Shown: positions 18,733 to 28,748 of the stretch, piece after piece
How positions within the stretch are numbered: position 1 is the first letter of the stretch
How the letters are laid out: each line of letters starts with the position of its first letter
Source of the DNA: Candidatus Saccharimonadota bacterium
GTDB lineage: Bacteria; Bacteroidota; Bacteroidia; Flavobacteriales; Blattabacteriaceae
DNA: 32,000 nucleotides
NCBI RefSeq assembly: GCF_014252415.1
Contig: NZ_CP059223.1
Coordinates: 1 to 32,000 of the forward strand
Direction of reading: 5' to 3'
Position numbers and translations under genes: made by a program
The notes under the pieces: model-generated
What the model was told of the DNA's origin: nothing
Seen by the model: only the letters and a program-made list of their open reading frames with translations
Databases searched by the model: none

Positions 18733-19902
18733 ATGAGTCTAAAAAAAGAATATCTTCAATATCAAGCTCAAACTCATAATTTTCCAATGAAAATTGAAAT
18801 TGACCATACTAAAGGTTGTTATCTTTATGGAAAAGATGGAAAAAAATATTTAGATTTTGTGGCAGGAGTTTCCGTAAATGTGTTAGGACATGGAAATAAA
18901 AAAATAAAAAATTCTATAAAAAAACAAGTAGAAAAATCTTTACATACTATGGTATATGGTGAATTTATTCATGAAAATTGTGTAAAATTATGTAAAAAAA
19001 TATCAAAATATACCCCAAAAAATTTAACTACTACCTATTTAGTAAATTCTGGTACAGAAGCAATAGAAGGAGCTTTGAAATTAGCTAAAACTTATACTAA
19101 AAGAAATGAAGTTATTGCTTGTAATAATTCTTATCATGGAAGTACTTATGGTTCATTAAGTTTAATGAGTCATAAAAAAAATATTGAATCGACATTATCA
19201 TCCGTAAAATTTATAAATTTTAATAATAAAAAAGAAATTAATATTATTACAAATAAAACTTCATGTATTATCTTAGAAACTATTCAATGTTCCTCTGGGG
19301 TTATTTTACCTGATATTAATTTTTTTAAAGAAATTAGAAATCAATGTAATAAAACAAATACTTTAATAATTTTAGATGAGATACAAACTGGTTTTGGAAG
19401 AACAGGAAAACTTTTTGCATTTGAACACTATGATATTTCTCCTGATATATTGGTCATAGGTAAAGGAATGGGAGGTGGTATGCCTATTAGTGCTTTTGTA
19501 TCATCTTATGAAATAATGAATACATTTTGTAATAATTTTGGATATTTTACTACATTTGGAGGAAATCCAGTATCTGTAAGCGCTTCTTTATCTACTTTAG
19601 ATCAAATTGTAAATTCAAAAATAATAAAAGAATCCTTATATAAGGAAAAATTAATAAGAAAATATTTAATACATCCTAAAATAATAAAAATTCATGGAAT
19701 AGGTTTATTATTAGCAATTGAATTACCTAATAAATATTTTGCAGAAAAATTATTAAAAAAATGTATAGAAAAAGGATTAATTCTATTTGGTTTTTTATTT
19801 TGTGATTATATGTTAAGAATTACTCCACCTTTAATTATAACAAAACATGAAATTAAAAAAGGATGTTCAATTATTATTGAAAGTTTAAATTGTATAAAAT
19901 AA
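18733..19902 (+). CDS. Class-III PLP-dependent aminotransferase (acetylornithine/ornithine aminotransferase-like)
   Basis: 389 aa with motifs VNSGTEAIEGALKLAK, LDEIQTGFGRTGKLFAFEHY and VIGKGMGGGMP (PLP-Lys context). It resembles the conserved flavobacterial ArgD-like family. The substrate cannot be assigned by eye. Confidence 0.85.
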   Translation: MSLKKEYLQYQAQTHNFPMKIEIDHTKGCYLYGKDGKKYLDFVAGVSVNVLGHGNKKIKNSIKKQVEKSLHTMVYGEFIHENCVKLCKKISKYTPKNLTTTYLVNSGTEAIEGALKLAKTYTKRNEVIACNNSYHGSTYGSLSLMSHKKNIESTLSSVKFINFNNKKEINIITNKTSCIILETIQCSSGVILPDINFFKEIRNQCNKTNTLIILDEIQTGFGRTGKLFAFEHYDISPDILVIGKGMGGGMPISAFVSSYEIMNTFCNNFGYFTTFGGNPVSVSASLSTLDQIVNSKIIKESLYKEKLIRKYLIHPKIIKIHGIGLLLAIELPNKYFAEKLLKKCIEKGLILFGFLFCDYMLRITPPLIITKHEIKKGCSIIIESLNCIK

Positions 19903-19909
19903 TAATACA

Positions 19910-20659
19910 TTGAGATTTTTTATTGAATTATCTTATAATGGAAAAAATTTTTTTGGCTGGCAAATACAAAAAGAAGTTAATACAATAGAAAAAAATATAG
20001 AATATTGTTTATCAAAACTTTTAAAAAAAAAAATAAATATTATAGGTGCAGGTAGAACAGATAAAGGAGTTCACGCAAAACAAATGTTTGCACATTTTGA
20101 CTATGATAATAAAATAAAAAGTAATTTTTTATTAAAAAGATTAAATCTTTTTCTACCAAAATCTATAAAAGTAAAAAATATTTTCCATGTAAAAAATAAT
20201 GTACATGCTAGATTTAATGCAATAAAAAGAATATATAAATATTATATTATTAATGAAAAAAATCCATTTAATCAAGATTTTTCTTGGTATTGTTTTTATT
20301 CACTAAATATAAATAAAATGAATATAGCATCTAAAATACTAATGAATTATAAAGATTTTAGTTCTTTTTGCAAGAAAAAAAATAAAGTTAAAATGAATAA
20401 TAATAATTGTATTATATATCGATCATTTTGGAAAAAAAAAGATAAATATTTATGTTTCACTATTGAAGCTAATAGATTTTTAAGATCTATGGTAAGATCA
20501 ATTATTGGTACAATTGTTGATGTAGGTAGAGGTAAAATTACTATTAAACAATTTACAAATATTATAAAATCAAAAAATTTTAATTATTGTAGTCCACTTG
20601 CTCCTTCTCATGGACTATTTTTAACAAAAATATTGTATCCAAAAAATATTTTTTTATAA
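19910..20659 (+). CDS. truA: tRNA pseudouridine(38-40) synthase
   Basis: 249 aa. The N-terminus MRFFIELSYNGKNFFGWQIQ and the catalytic-Asp motif GAGRTDKGVHA are present. TTG start at 19910. Confidence 0.9.
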   Translation: MRFFIELSYNGKNFFGWQIQKEVNTIEKNIEYCLSKLLKKKINIIGAGRTDKGVHAKQMFAHFDYDNKIKSNFLLKRLNLFLPKSIKVKNIFHVKNNVHARFNAIKRIYKYYIINEKNPFNQDFSWYCFYSLNINKMNIASKILMNYKDFSSFCKKKNKVKMNNNNCIIYRSFWKKKDKYLCFTIEANRFLRSMVRSIIGTIVDVGRGKITIKQFTNIIKSKNFNYCSPLAPSHGLFLTKILYPKNIFL

Positions 20660-20730
20660 AAAAAATTTATAGTCATATACAATAAAATAATTAATGACAA
20701 TAATATTTAATTATTTTTATTTAATAAATT

Positions 20731-21984
20731 TTAATTACATTTTATATATGTATCTTTTGATACACTACGTATCCAATTTTCTATTTCATATTTTTTATTT
20801 ATGTATCTAACTACATTTTCTAAATAGATAGAATCTTTTTCTAAAGAAAAAGGTCTTTCTTTTACAGAATCTAAAAATTTTACAATAAAAAAATAATTAT
20901 TTTTTTCTCCTTTTATAATATTATTATTATTTAAATTCAATTTTCCAAAATGTTTTATAATTGTATTTTCGTTTACCCAAATTTTTTGATTAAAAAATGA
21001 ATTAACATTTTTATTATTAAAAATATTGTTTTCAACAATTTCTTCTATTTCTAAATTTTTATTTCTTATTTCATTTTCTAAATTATTTACAAATAATTTT
21101 GTATTTATTAATTCATCATTAAAATATTTTTTTTCTATAAAAATATATCTAATATCCAATTCATTATGTTTTATTTTTTCTAATTTTATTAAATAAAATC
21201 CATCATTAGTTTCAAAAGGTTCAGATACTTCTTGTTCTTTTAAATAAAATGCTATATTAAATTCTTTTGGAACTTTATTTATTTTAAATGTTTTTATATC
21301 AGAAAATAATTTATTATTAGAACAAGGATTTGAGTTTACTTTTTTTCTTATTTCGCTCAAATAATTTAATGTTTTTTTTCTAAAAAAGTTATTTACTTCT
21401 GGATAAATAATAATATAGGATATTAAAAATTTTTTTGGGACTAGAATAGTATAATATTTTTTTAAATCATAAAATAAAGATTTAACCTCTTCTGGAGAGA
21501 TTTCTACATCTTTAGTTATTTCATTAATCATTTTATCTATATATTGTTTATCTATTTCAAAAGAAATTAATTGATCTAAATTTTTATTATTTTTAATATT
21601 TGTTATAAATTTAACACGATTTGAATAATCCAATTTATCTATTTCTTTTTTAAGAAATAAATGAATAGATTCTTCTATTTTTTTACTATCAATTTTTATA
21701 TTTTTATTTTTTTTTGCATGAAATAATATTAATTTTTTAATAATTAAATCATTATTATAAATTGATTTATTATTTAATAAATTTTTACAAAAATTTTTTA
21801 TTGAATATCCTGAATCTTTAATATCAGATTCTAAAATAATTTCATCTCCAACTACAGCTACAATTTTATCTATCTTTTCTAATTTTGATTCTAAAATTGG
21901 TAACCTTGATGAAGAAAAGGATAAATCAATAAAACAAAAAAATGATATAAAAAGTATAAGAAAAATTTTTTTAATCATAATCAA
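20731..21984 (-). CDS. SurA-like periplasmic chaperone / peptidyl-prolyl isomerase (degenerate)
   Basis: Signal peptide (MIMIKKIFLILFISFFCFIDLSFS), a SurA_N-like segment (IDKIVAVVGDEIILESDI) and a parvulin-like remnant (VSEPFETNDGFYLIKLEKI). The remainder is strongly diverged. Confidence 0.6.
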   Translation of the reverse strand: MIMIKKIFLILFISFFCFIDLSFSSSRLPILESKLEKIDKIVAVVGDEIILESDIKDSGYSIKNFCKNLLNNKSIYNNDLIIKKLILFHAKKNKNIKIDSKKIEESIHLFLKKEIDKLDYSNRVKFITNIKNNKNLDQLISFEIDKQYIDKMINEITKDVEISPEEVKSLFYDLKKYYTILVPKKFLISYIIIYPEVNNFFRKKTLNYLSEIRKKVNSNPCSNNKLFSDIKTFKINKVPKEFNIAFYLKEQEVSEPFETNDGFYLIKLEKIKHNELDIRYIFIEKKYFNDELINTKLFVNNLENEIRNKNLEIEEIVENNIFNNKNVNSFFNQKIWVNENTIIKHFGKLNLNNNNIIKGEKNNYFFIVKFLDSVKERPFSLEKDSIYLENVVRYINKKYEIENWIRSVSKDTYIKCN

Positions 21985-22014
21985 ATTTAAATATATAAAA
22001 ATAATTTTAAAGTT

Positions 22015-22740
22015 ATGATATTACAAGTAAAAAATGTATATAAAAAATATAAAAGTAGACATATAGTAAAAAATGTTTCTATACGAATCAATACAGGAGA
22101 AATAATAGGATTAGTTGGACCAAATGGAGCTGGAAAAACTACTATTTTTTATATTATGGCAGGATTAATAAAACCAGATAAAGGAAAAATAATTCTTAAT
22201 GATGAAAATATAACAAAAAAACCTTTATATGTACGATCTAGAAAAGGAATAGGATATTTATCACAAGAACCTTCTATTTTTAAAAAATTAACCGTAAAAG
22301 AAAATATATTATCTATCTTAGAAATGAATAAAAAATTATACAGAGATAGAATAAAAATAACTAAAAAATTAATTTATGAATTTAATTTAGAAAAAATTGA
22401 AAATAATTTAGGAGAATCAATTTCAGGTGGAGAAAGAAGAAGAACTGAGATTGCCAGATGTTTATCAATAAATCCTAAATTTATATTATTAGATGAACCT
22501 TTTTCTGGAGTTGATCCAATATCTATAGAAGATTTACAAAAAATATTAATTCATCTAAAAAAAAAAAATATAGGTATATTAATAACAGACCATAATGTAC
22601 AAGAAATATTTTCTATAACAGATCGAATTTATCTTATGTACGAAGGAAAAATACTAAAATATGGATCTTCAAAAGATCTTATTAATAATTCATTAATAAA
22701 AAAAGTATATTTAGGAAATCTTTTCAATTTAAAAAAATGA
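22015..22740 (+). CDS. lptB: LPS export ABC transporter ATP-binding protein
   Basis: Walker A GPNGAGKTT, LptB-type signature ISGGERRRTEIARCL, Walker B ILLDEPFSGVDP and H-loop ITDHNV. 241 aa. Confidence 0.9.
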   Translation: MILQVKNVYKKYKSRHIVKNVSIRINTGEIIGLVGPNGAGKTTIFYIMAGLIKPDKGKIILNDENITKKPLYVRSRKGIGYLSQEPSIFKKLTVKENILSILEMNKKLYRDRIKITKKLIYEFNLEKIENNLGESISGGERRRTEIARCLSINPKFILLDEPFSGVDPISIEDLQKILIHLKKKNIGILITDHNVQEIFSITDRIYLMYEGKILKYGSSKDLINNSLIKKVYLGNLFNLKK

Positions 22741-23365
22741 ATTTTTTTAAAAAAAAAAATAAAAAGAAAGAAATTAATTTATTTTTAAATGGAACTCCAC
22801 CTATTTTTAATAAAAAATTATTGAATAGAAAAATATTCGCTGTTGATGGAGCTTATTCGTATTTAATAAATAAAAATATTTATATAGACTATCTAAGTGG
22901 AGATTTTGATTCTATTAATAGAAATAAAAATATTTTAGTTAAAAAAAAAATATTTTTTATACTAAAAATCAAAAAGAAACAGATTTTGAAAAAGCTTTAA
23001 AAATTATTATTAATAAAGGATTTTTATATGTAAATGTATGGGGTGCTAGTGGAAAAGAACAGGATCATTTTTTAGGAAATTTATCTATTGCATTAAAATA
23101 TAAAAAAAAATTATCTATTGTATTTTATGATTCTTATTATTCATATTTTTTTATTGGAAAAAGATCTAGTTTTTTTATAAAAAAAAATAAAAAAATATCT
23201 TTATTTCCATTCCCAAAAGTATCGAAATTAAAAACAAAAGGTTTAAAATATCATATAAATAATATGGAATTAGGAAAAGATATTGGAATAAGAAATCAGT
23301 CTACTAATAATTATATAGAAATAATTTATGAAAAAGGAGATTTACTAATTTTTATAGAAAAATAA
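22737..23365 (+). pseudogene. Thiamine pyrophosphokinase, split by a frameshift in an A10 tract
   Basis: The N-terminal half is the 87-aa ORF 22737..23000 (IFAVDGAYSYL..., YLSGDFDSI). After the A run 22941..22950 the conserved continuation lies in another frame through to TAA 23363-23365: NIFYTKNQKETDFEKAL...VWGASGKEQDHFLGNL...SLFPFP...KTKGLKYHINNMEL. One extra A fuses the halves into a protein of about 209 aa. The start overlaps the lptB stop (ATGA). Confidence 0.82.
22941..22950 (+). repeat. Poly(A) homopolymer, 10 nt, at the thiamine pyrophosphokinase frameshift
   Basis: Counted directly: gtt + 10 x a + tatttttt. Confidence 0.95.
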
Positions 23366-23373
23366 TTAAAAAT

Positions 23374-24309
23374 TTATTTTATATTCAATTTTTTTATAAT
23401 ATTTTTTACATGTTTAGCTGATTTATGAAATAATTTCATTTCATTATCATTTAATTTTAATTCTATAATTTTATCAACACCATCTTTTCCCAATATTACT
23501 GGTACTCCTAAAAATATATCACTTACTCCATACTCTCCATTAAGAAATGAAGAACAAGAAAAAATTCTTTTAGAATCTTTTAATATAGATTCAATCATGT
23601 TAACGATAGATACTGATGGTGCAAACCATGCTGATGTCCCTAAATAATTTACTAGTTCTTCTCCTCCTTTTCTGGTTTTATAAATAATTTGATCATTATC
23701 TATTTCTGATATAAATTCTTTTATTGGTATTCCTGATACTGACGTATATCGATATAATGGTACCATAGTATCTCCATGTCCACCTAATAATAATGATTGA
23801 ATATCAATAGGTGACACCCCTATTTTTTTAGATAAAAAAAAACGATATCTAGCAGAATCTAATATTCCTGCCATACCTACTATTCTTGACGAAGAAATAT
23901 TAGATTTTATATAACTAACATATGTCATAATATCTAATGGATTAGACACAATAATAAATTTAGCATTTGGAGATAAATTAATGACTTCTTTTACTACAAT
24001 ACTTATAATATTACCATTTATATTTACTAAATCATCACGACTCATTCCTTTTTTTCTTGGAATTCCACAAGTAATAACTATTATTTCTGAATTTATTGAT
24101 GGAGAATAATCATTTGTGTATCCATGAACCTTAGTATTAGATCCTACAAGAGGAATCATCTGAGATATATCTAAACTTTTTCCTTCAGAAATATTTTCTT
24201 TTACATCTATTAATATTATTTCATTAACTATATCTTTCTTAGCTAAAAAACTAGCACAATATGCGCCAACATTTCCAGATCCAATTATAGTAATCTTTAT
24301 TTTATACAT
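23374..24309 (-). CDS. mdh: Malate dehydrogenase (LDH-like family)
   Basis: 311 aa with Rossmann motif IIGSGNVGA, plus VSNPLD, GGHGDTMVP and the substrate-Arg context GIPRKKGMSRDDL. Confidence 0.93.
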   Translation of the reverse strand: MYKIKITIIGSGNVGAYCASFLAKKDIVNEIILIDVKENISEGKSLDISQMIPLVGSNTKVHGYTNDYSPSINSEIIVITCGIPRKKGMSRDDLVNINGNIISIVVKEVINLSPNAKFIIVSNPLDIMTYVSYIKSNISSSRIVGMAGILDSARYRFFLSKKIGVSPIDIQSLLLGGHGDTMVPLYRYTSVSGIPIKEFISEIDNDQIIYKTRKGGEELVNYLGTSAWFAPSVSIVNMIESILKDSKRIFSCSSFLNGEYGVSDIFLGVPVILGKDGVDKIIELKLNDNEMKLFHKSAKHVKNIIKKLNIK

Positions 24310-24381
24310 AAATTTTTTTATAAATTTGCATAAATTTTTTGATCTTTATTAATTAATCAAAGTATATATTTTTTTATTCTT

Positions 24382-27294
24382 ATGAAGAATATTGATGAAT
24401 TTCCTAAAAAAGAAAAATTTTATCATAGACATATTGGTTCATCTTATAATGAAATTAAATCTATGTTAAAAACATTAAAATATTCCTCTATTGAGGATTT
24501 TATAAAAAAAGTAATTCCAGAAGAAATACGATTAAATAAAAAATTGAATATACCTAATGATATATCGGAATACCAATATTTAAATCATATTAATAATATT
24601 GGAAAAAAAAATAAAATATATAAATCTTATATAGGATTAGGGTATAGAAATACTATTCTTCCTAGTGTTATTCAAAGAAATATTTTGGAAAATCCAGGTT
24701 GGTATACACCTTATACACCTTATCAAGCTGAAATATCTCAAGGACGTTTAGAAGCATTAATTAATTTTCAAACAATAATATCAGATATCACAAAAATGAA
24801 AATAAGTAATGCATCTATGTTAGATGAATCATCAGCCGCTGGAGATGCAATGTTTATGGTTTATAAAAAAAAAATTAAAGAAAAACAAATAAGTAGTAAT
24901 CATTCTTTTTTTGTTTCTAATGAAACATTACCTCAAATTATAAATGTTCTAAGAACGAGATGTTTTGGCTTAGGAATTGAATTAATAGAAGATCATCATG
25001 AAAATATTACGAGTTATTATAAAAATAAAAATTTGTTTGGATTATTAATTCCTTATCCTTCTTGTTTAGGAGAAATATATGATTATTCAAAATTGGTTTC
25101 TTTTTCCAAAGAAAATAATATATCAATAATAGTTTCGGCTAATTTATTATCTTTAGTCTTGTTAAAACCTCCAGGAGAATGGGGAGCAGATGTAGTAATA
25201 GGATCAACTCAATCATTTGGAATGCCTATGGGATATGGGGGGCCTCATGCAGCTTTTTTCTCAACTAATGAGCAATATAAAAGATTTATTCCAGGAAGAA
25301 TTATTGGTATATCTATAGATAAGAATAAAAGAAAATCTTTTCGTATGGCAATTCAAACTAGAGAACAACATATAAAAAGAGAAAAAGCGACATCTAATAT
25401 ATGTACATCACAAGTATTACCAGCCATTATCTCTTCTATGTACGCTTTATATCATGGAAAAATTGGATTAATTAGAATTGCAAATAATATTCATAATTAT
25501 ACCAAAAAATTAGAATACTTATTATCTTTTTGTAAAAATATTTATCAAATAAATAAATTTTATTTCGATACTATTAGAGTAAAATTTAATTTTTCTATAG
25601 AAAAAATAAAAAATATATCAGAAATAAAAAAAATAAATTTCAGATATTTAAATAATAATCATCTAACTATTTCATTAGATGAAACTACTAATGAAAAAGA
25701 TTTATATCACATATTAGAAATTTTTTATGAATCCAATAATAATAAATTTTGTAAAAAAATAATAGATAATCAATGTTATCAATTTTTAGAAGAAAACAAA
25801 TTAAAAATCCCATTTTTTTTAAAAAGAAAATCTAATTTTTTTAAAAATAAACTATTTAATAATTTTTACTCAGAAAATGAACTAATACGTTATATAAAAA
25901 GATTAGAAAAAAAAGATCTTTCCTTAAATCATTCCATGATACCATTAGGATCATGTACTATGAAATTAAATTCTTCTACAGGATTATTATCAATAACAAA
26001 AAATGAATGGAAAGATCTTCATCCATGTGTTCCTAACAATCAATCAATTGGATATCAATTTATTATAGAAAAATTAAAAAATTATTTAAAAGAAATAACT
26101 GGTTTACCTGGAGTTACATTACAACCGAATTCAGGTTCTCAAGGAGAATATACTGGACTCATGATGATTAAATCTTTTTTTTATTCAAAAAAAGAATTTC
26201 AAAGAAATGTTGCATTAATACCATCGTCTTCTCATGGAACAAATCCTGCCTCAGCAAGTATGGCTGGAATGAAAATAATTTTAATAAAAAATAAAATAGA
26301 TGGATCTATAGATATAGATGATTTAATCAAAAAAACAAAAAAATATAAAGATTATTTATCTGTTTTAATGATAACTTATCCATCTGTTCATGGAATATAT
26401 GAAAAAAATATAAAAATTATTATAAAAATTATCCATAAATATGGAGGACAAGTGTACATGGATGGAGCTAATATGAATGCACAAGTAGGATTAATAAAAC
26501 CAGGAGATCTAGGAATAGATATTTGCCATCTTAATCTTCATAAAACATTTGCTATACCTCATGGGGGTGGGGGGCCTGGGATGGGACCTGTTTGTGTAAA
26601 ATCTCATCTAATACCATTTTTACCAACTAATCCTTATGATATAAATAAAAAAATTAATAATAAAATAAAAAAATTAGCAATTTCTTCATCTCCATATGGA
26701 TCTTCTTTAATATTAACTATATCTTATGCTTATATTAGATTATTAGGTCCAGATGGACTAAAAATTTGTACTGAAATATCACTATTAAATGCTAACTACA
26801 TTAAAAATAAATTAATAAATTATTATAAAATATTATATGTTGGAAAAAATAATATGGTAGCACATGAATTAATAATAGATTGTAAATCATTTAAATCAAT
26901 AGGAATAGAAGTAAATGATATTGCAAAAAGAATGATGGATTATGGGTTTCATGCTCCAACTATTTCTTTTCCAGTAGAAGGTTCTATGATGATAGAACCT
27001 ACTGAAAGTGAATCTAAAAAAGAAATTGATAGATTTATTGAAACTCTTATTGAAATAAGAAATGAAATTAAAGAAATAGAAAATGGAAAGTTTTCTAAAG
27101 AAAATAATGTTATAAAAAATTCACCACACAGTATACACACGTTAACAAATAATTTATGGGATTATCCATATAGTAGAGAAAAAGCTGCATATCCTCTTCC
27201 ATGGGTAAGAAAATATAAATTTTGGCCTACTGTAGATCGAGTTATTGATGGATATGGAGATAGAAATTTAATATGTTCTTACTCTTGTAATTAA
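24382..27294 (+). CDS. gcvP: Glycine dehydrogenase (decarboxylating), glycine cleavage P protein
   Basis: 970-aa single-chain P protein. Motifs: NPGWYTPYTPYQAEISQGRLEAL and the PLP-lysine motif NLHKTFAIPHGGGGPGMGP. Confidence 0.95.
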   Translation: MKNIDEFPKKEKFYHRHIGSSYNEIKSMLKTLKYSSIEDFIKKVIPEEIRLNKKLNIPNDISEYQYLNHINNIGKKNKIYKSYIGLGYRNTILPSVIQRNILENPGWYTPYTPYQAEISQGRLEALINFQTIISDITKMKISNASMLDESSAAGDAMFMVYKKKIKEKQISSNHSFFVSNETLPQIINVLRTRCFGLGIELIEDHHENITSYYKNKNLFGLLIPYPSCLGEIYDYSKLVSFSKENNISIIVSANLLSLVLLKPPGEWGADVVIGSTQSFGMPMGYGGPHAAFFSTNEQYKRFIPGRIIGISIDKNKRKSFRMAIQTREQHIKREKATSNICTSQVLPAIISSMYALYHGKIGLIRIANNIHNYTKKLEYLLSFCKNIYQINKFYFDTIRVKFNFSIEKIKNISEIKKINFRYLNNNHLTISLDETTNEKDLYHILEIFYESNNNKFCKKIIDNQCYQFLEENKLKIPFFLKRKSNFFKNKLFNNFYSENELIRYIKRLEKKDLSLNHSMIPLGSCTMKLNSSTGLLSITKNEWKDLHPCVPNNQSIGYQFIIEKLKNYLKEITGLPGVTLQPNSGSQGEYTGLMMIKSFFYSKKEFQRNVALIPSSSHGTNPASASMAGMKIILIKNKIDGSIDIDDLIKKTKKYKDYLSVLMITYPSVHGIYEKNIKIIIKIIHKYGGQVYMDGANMNAQVGLIKPGDLGIDICHLNLHKTFAIPHGGGGPGMGPVCVKSHLIPFLPTNPYDINKKINNKIKKLAISSSPYGSSLILTISYAYIRLLGPDGLKICTEISLLNANYIKNKLINYYKILYVGKNNMVAHELIIDCKSFKSIGIEVNDIAKRMMDYGFHAPTISFPVEGSMMIEPTESESKKEIDRFIETLIEIRNEIKEIENGKFSKENNVIKNSPHSIHTLTNNLWDYPYSREKAAYPLPWVRKYKFWPTVDRVIDGYGDRNLICSYSCN

Positions 27295-28340
27295 GAAATA
27301 GTAGGAGAATATATTTGTTTACATTTTGAATAAGGAGAAATTTTAATAGATGAAAACATATTTCTTTTATATTTAAAAAAACCAGTAATTGCTATCATTG
27401 CCCCATTGTCAGTTGCAAAACATTTTTTTGGTATAAATAAATCCCAATTATTTTTTTTTGCATGAACAGAAAAATTATTTATAATTTCTTTATTAGAAGA
27501 AACTCCACCTGATAAAACTATTCTATTTATATCAGTTTCAATGACTGCTTGATTCATTTTATCTATTAATATATCCGATATTGATTTTTGTATAGAAGCA
27601 CATAAATCATGTATATTATTTTTTATAAAAAATGGATCTTTTTTTGTTTGATTTTCAATAAATTTTAATATATAAGTCTTTAATCCACTGAAACTAAAAT
27701 TTAATCCTTTTATTAAAGGTTTTGGAAAAAAAAATTTTTTATTATTTCCATATTTTGAATATATTTCTATGGAAGATCCTCCAGGATAATTAAATCCTAT
27801 TTTTCTTGCGATTTTATCAATTGTTTCTCCTAATGCATTGTCTAATGTAGATCCTATTACTTTCATATAAAAGTATCCATTTACTTTTATAATTTGTGTA
27901 TGTCCTCCACTTATTACTAAACCTAAAAATGGAAATGTTGGAAAACGATTATTAAAATTTGCATTTTTAATAAAATGAACTAATATATGAGCTTGTATAT
28001 GATCGACTGTTATAATAGGAATATTTAATCCCATAGCTAATGATTTAGAAAAAGAACATCCTACTAATAAAGAATTAATTAGTCCTGGACCTATAGTGCA
28101 TGATACTGCATCAATTTGATTTTGTTTTATTTTTGCTACAAAAATGGATTTATTAAATGCTTCTAATAATTTTTCATCATGTAATCTTGCTGCAAGTTCA
28201 GGGACTACCCCTCCATATTTTTTATGAATATTTTGATGTATAATAATATTAGATAATATATTATTAGATTCTACAATAGAAACTGCAGTTTCATCACATG
28301 ATGACTCAATTCCAATAATAATTGGATTTTTTTTTTTCAA
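27291..28340 (-). CDS. tsaD: tRNA N6-adenosine threonylcarbamoyltransferase
   Basis: 349 aa with GIESSCDETAVSIV, the metal-binding DHIQAHI context and SGGVSSN. Its stop shares the tetranucleotide TTAA with the gcvP stop. Confidence 0.93.
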   Translation of the reverse strand: MKKKNPIIIGIESSCDETAVSIVESNNILSNIIIHQNIHKKYGGVVPELAARLHDEKLLEAFNKSIFVAKIKQNQIDAVSCTIGPGLINSLLVGCSFSKSLAMGLNIPIITVDHIQAHILVHFIKNANFNNRFPTFPFLGLVISGGHTQIIKVNGYFYMKVIGSTLDNALGETIDKIARKIGFNYPGGSSIEIYSKYGNNKKFFFPKPLIKGLNFSFSGLKTYILKFIENQTKKDPFFIKNNIHDLCASIQKSISDILIDKMNQAVIETDINRIVLSGGVSSNKEIINNFSVHAKKNNWDLFIPKKCFATDNGAMIAITGFFKYKRNMFSSIKISPYSKCKQIYSPTIS

Positions 28341-28481
28341 ATATTCAAATATTTTATAAAAACCTAAATTAACAAAAAATGGAAATAAACAATTAATATA
28401 AATAATAAACTAAATAAAAAAAATAGATACTAAATATTTTAAATAAATAAATAAAGTAATTAACTTTAAAAAGTTATTTTA

Positions 28482-28570
28482 GGAGAGTTGCCGGAGTGGT
28501 TAACGGAACAGTTTGCTAAACTGTCGATACACAAAAATGTATCGCGTGGGTTCAAATCCCACACTCTCCG
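28482..28570 (+). tRNA. tRNA-Ser (anticodon GCU), class II with long variable arm
   Basis: Acceptor GGAGAGT/ACTCTCC. Anticodon stem ACAGT/ACTGT with loop TTGCTAA. Variable arm of 7 bp, CGATACA-CAAAAA-TGTATCG. T-arm GTGGG-TTCAAAT-CCCAC. Discriminator G. CCA is not encoded. Confidence 0.92.
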
Positions 28571-28588
28571 CATATTGTGAATATATTT

Positions 28589-28663
28589 CGGGGTATAGCG
28601 TAGTTTGGTTATCGCGCCTGGTTTGGGACCAGGAGGTCGTAGGTTCAAATCCTGCTACCCCGA
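28589..28663 (+). tRNA. tRNA-Pro (anticodon UGG)
   Basis: Acceptor CGGGGTA/TACCCCG. Anticodon stem CCTGG/CCAGG with loop TTTGGGA. T-arm GTAGG-TTCAAAT-CCTGC. Discriminator A. CCA is not encoded. Confidence 0.92.
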
Positions 28664-28674
28664 TTTTCAAATCG

Positions 28675-28748
<74 letters not shown>

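Noticed and set aside
24321-24328. Bacteroidota-type -7 promoter box TAAATTTG (TAnnTTTG), 54 nt upstream of gcvP
   Set aside because: There is no convincing -33 TTTG at the right spacing. In DNA that is about 80% A+T such 8-mers occur by chance, so it cannot be supported as a promoter from sequence alone. The same applies to the other short divergent intergenic regions.
26949-27140. 63-aa antisense ORF inside gcvP
   Set aside because: It lies within a well-supported CDS and has no motifs.
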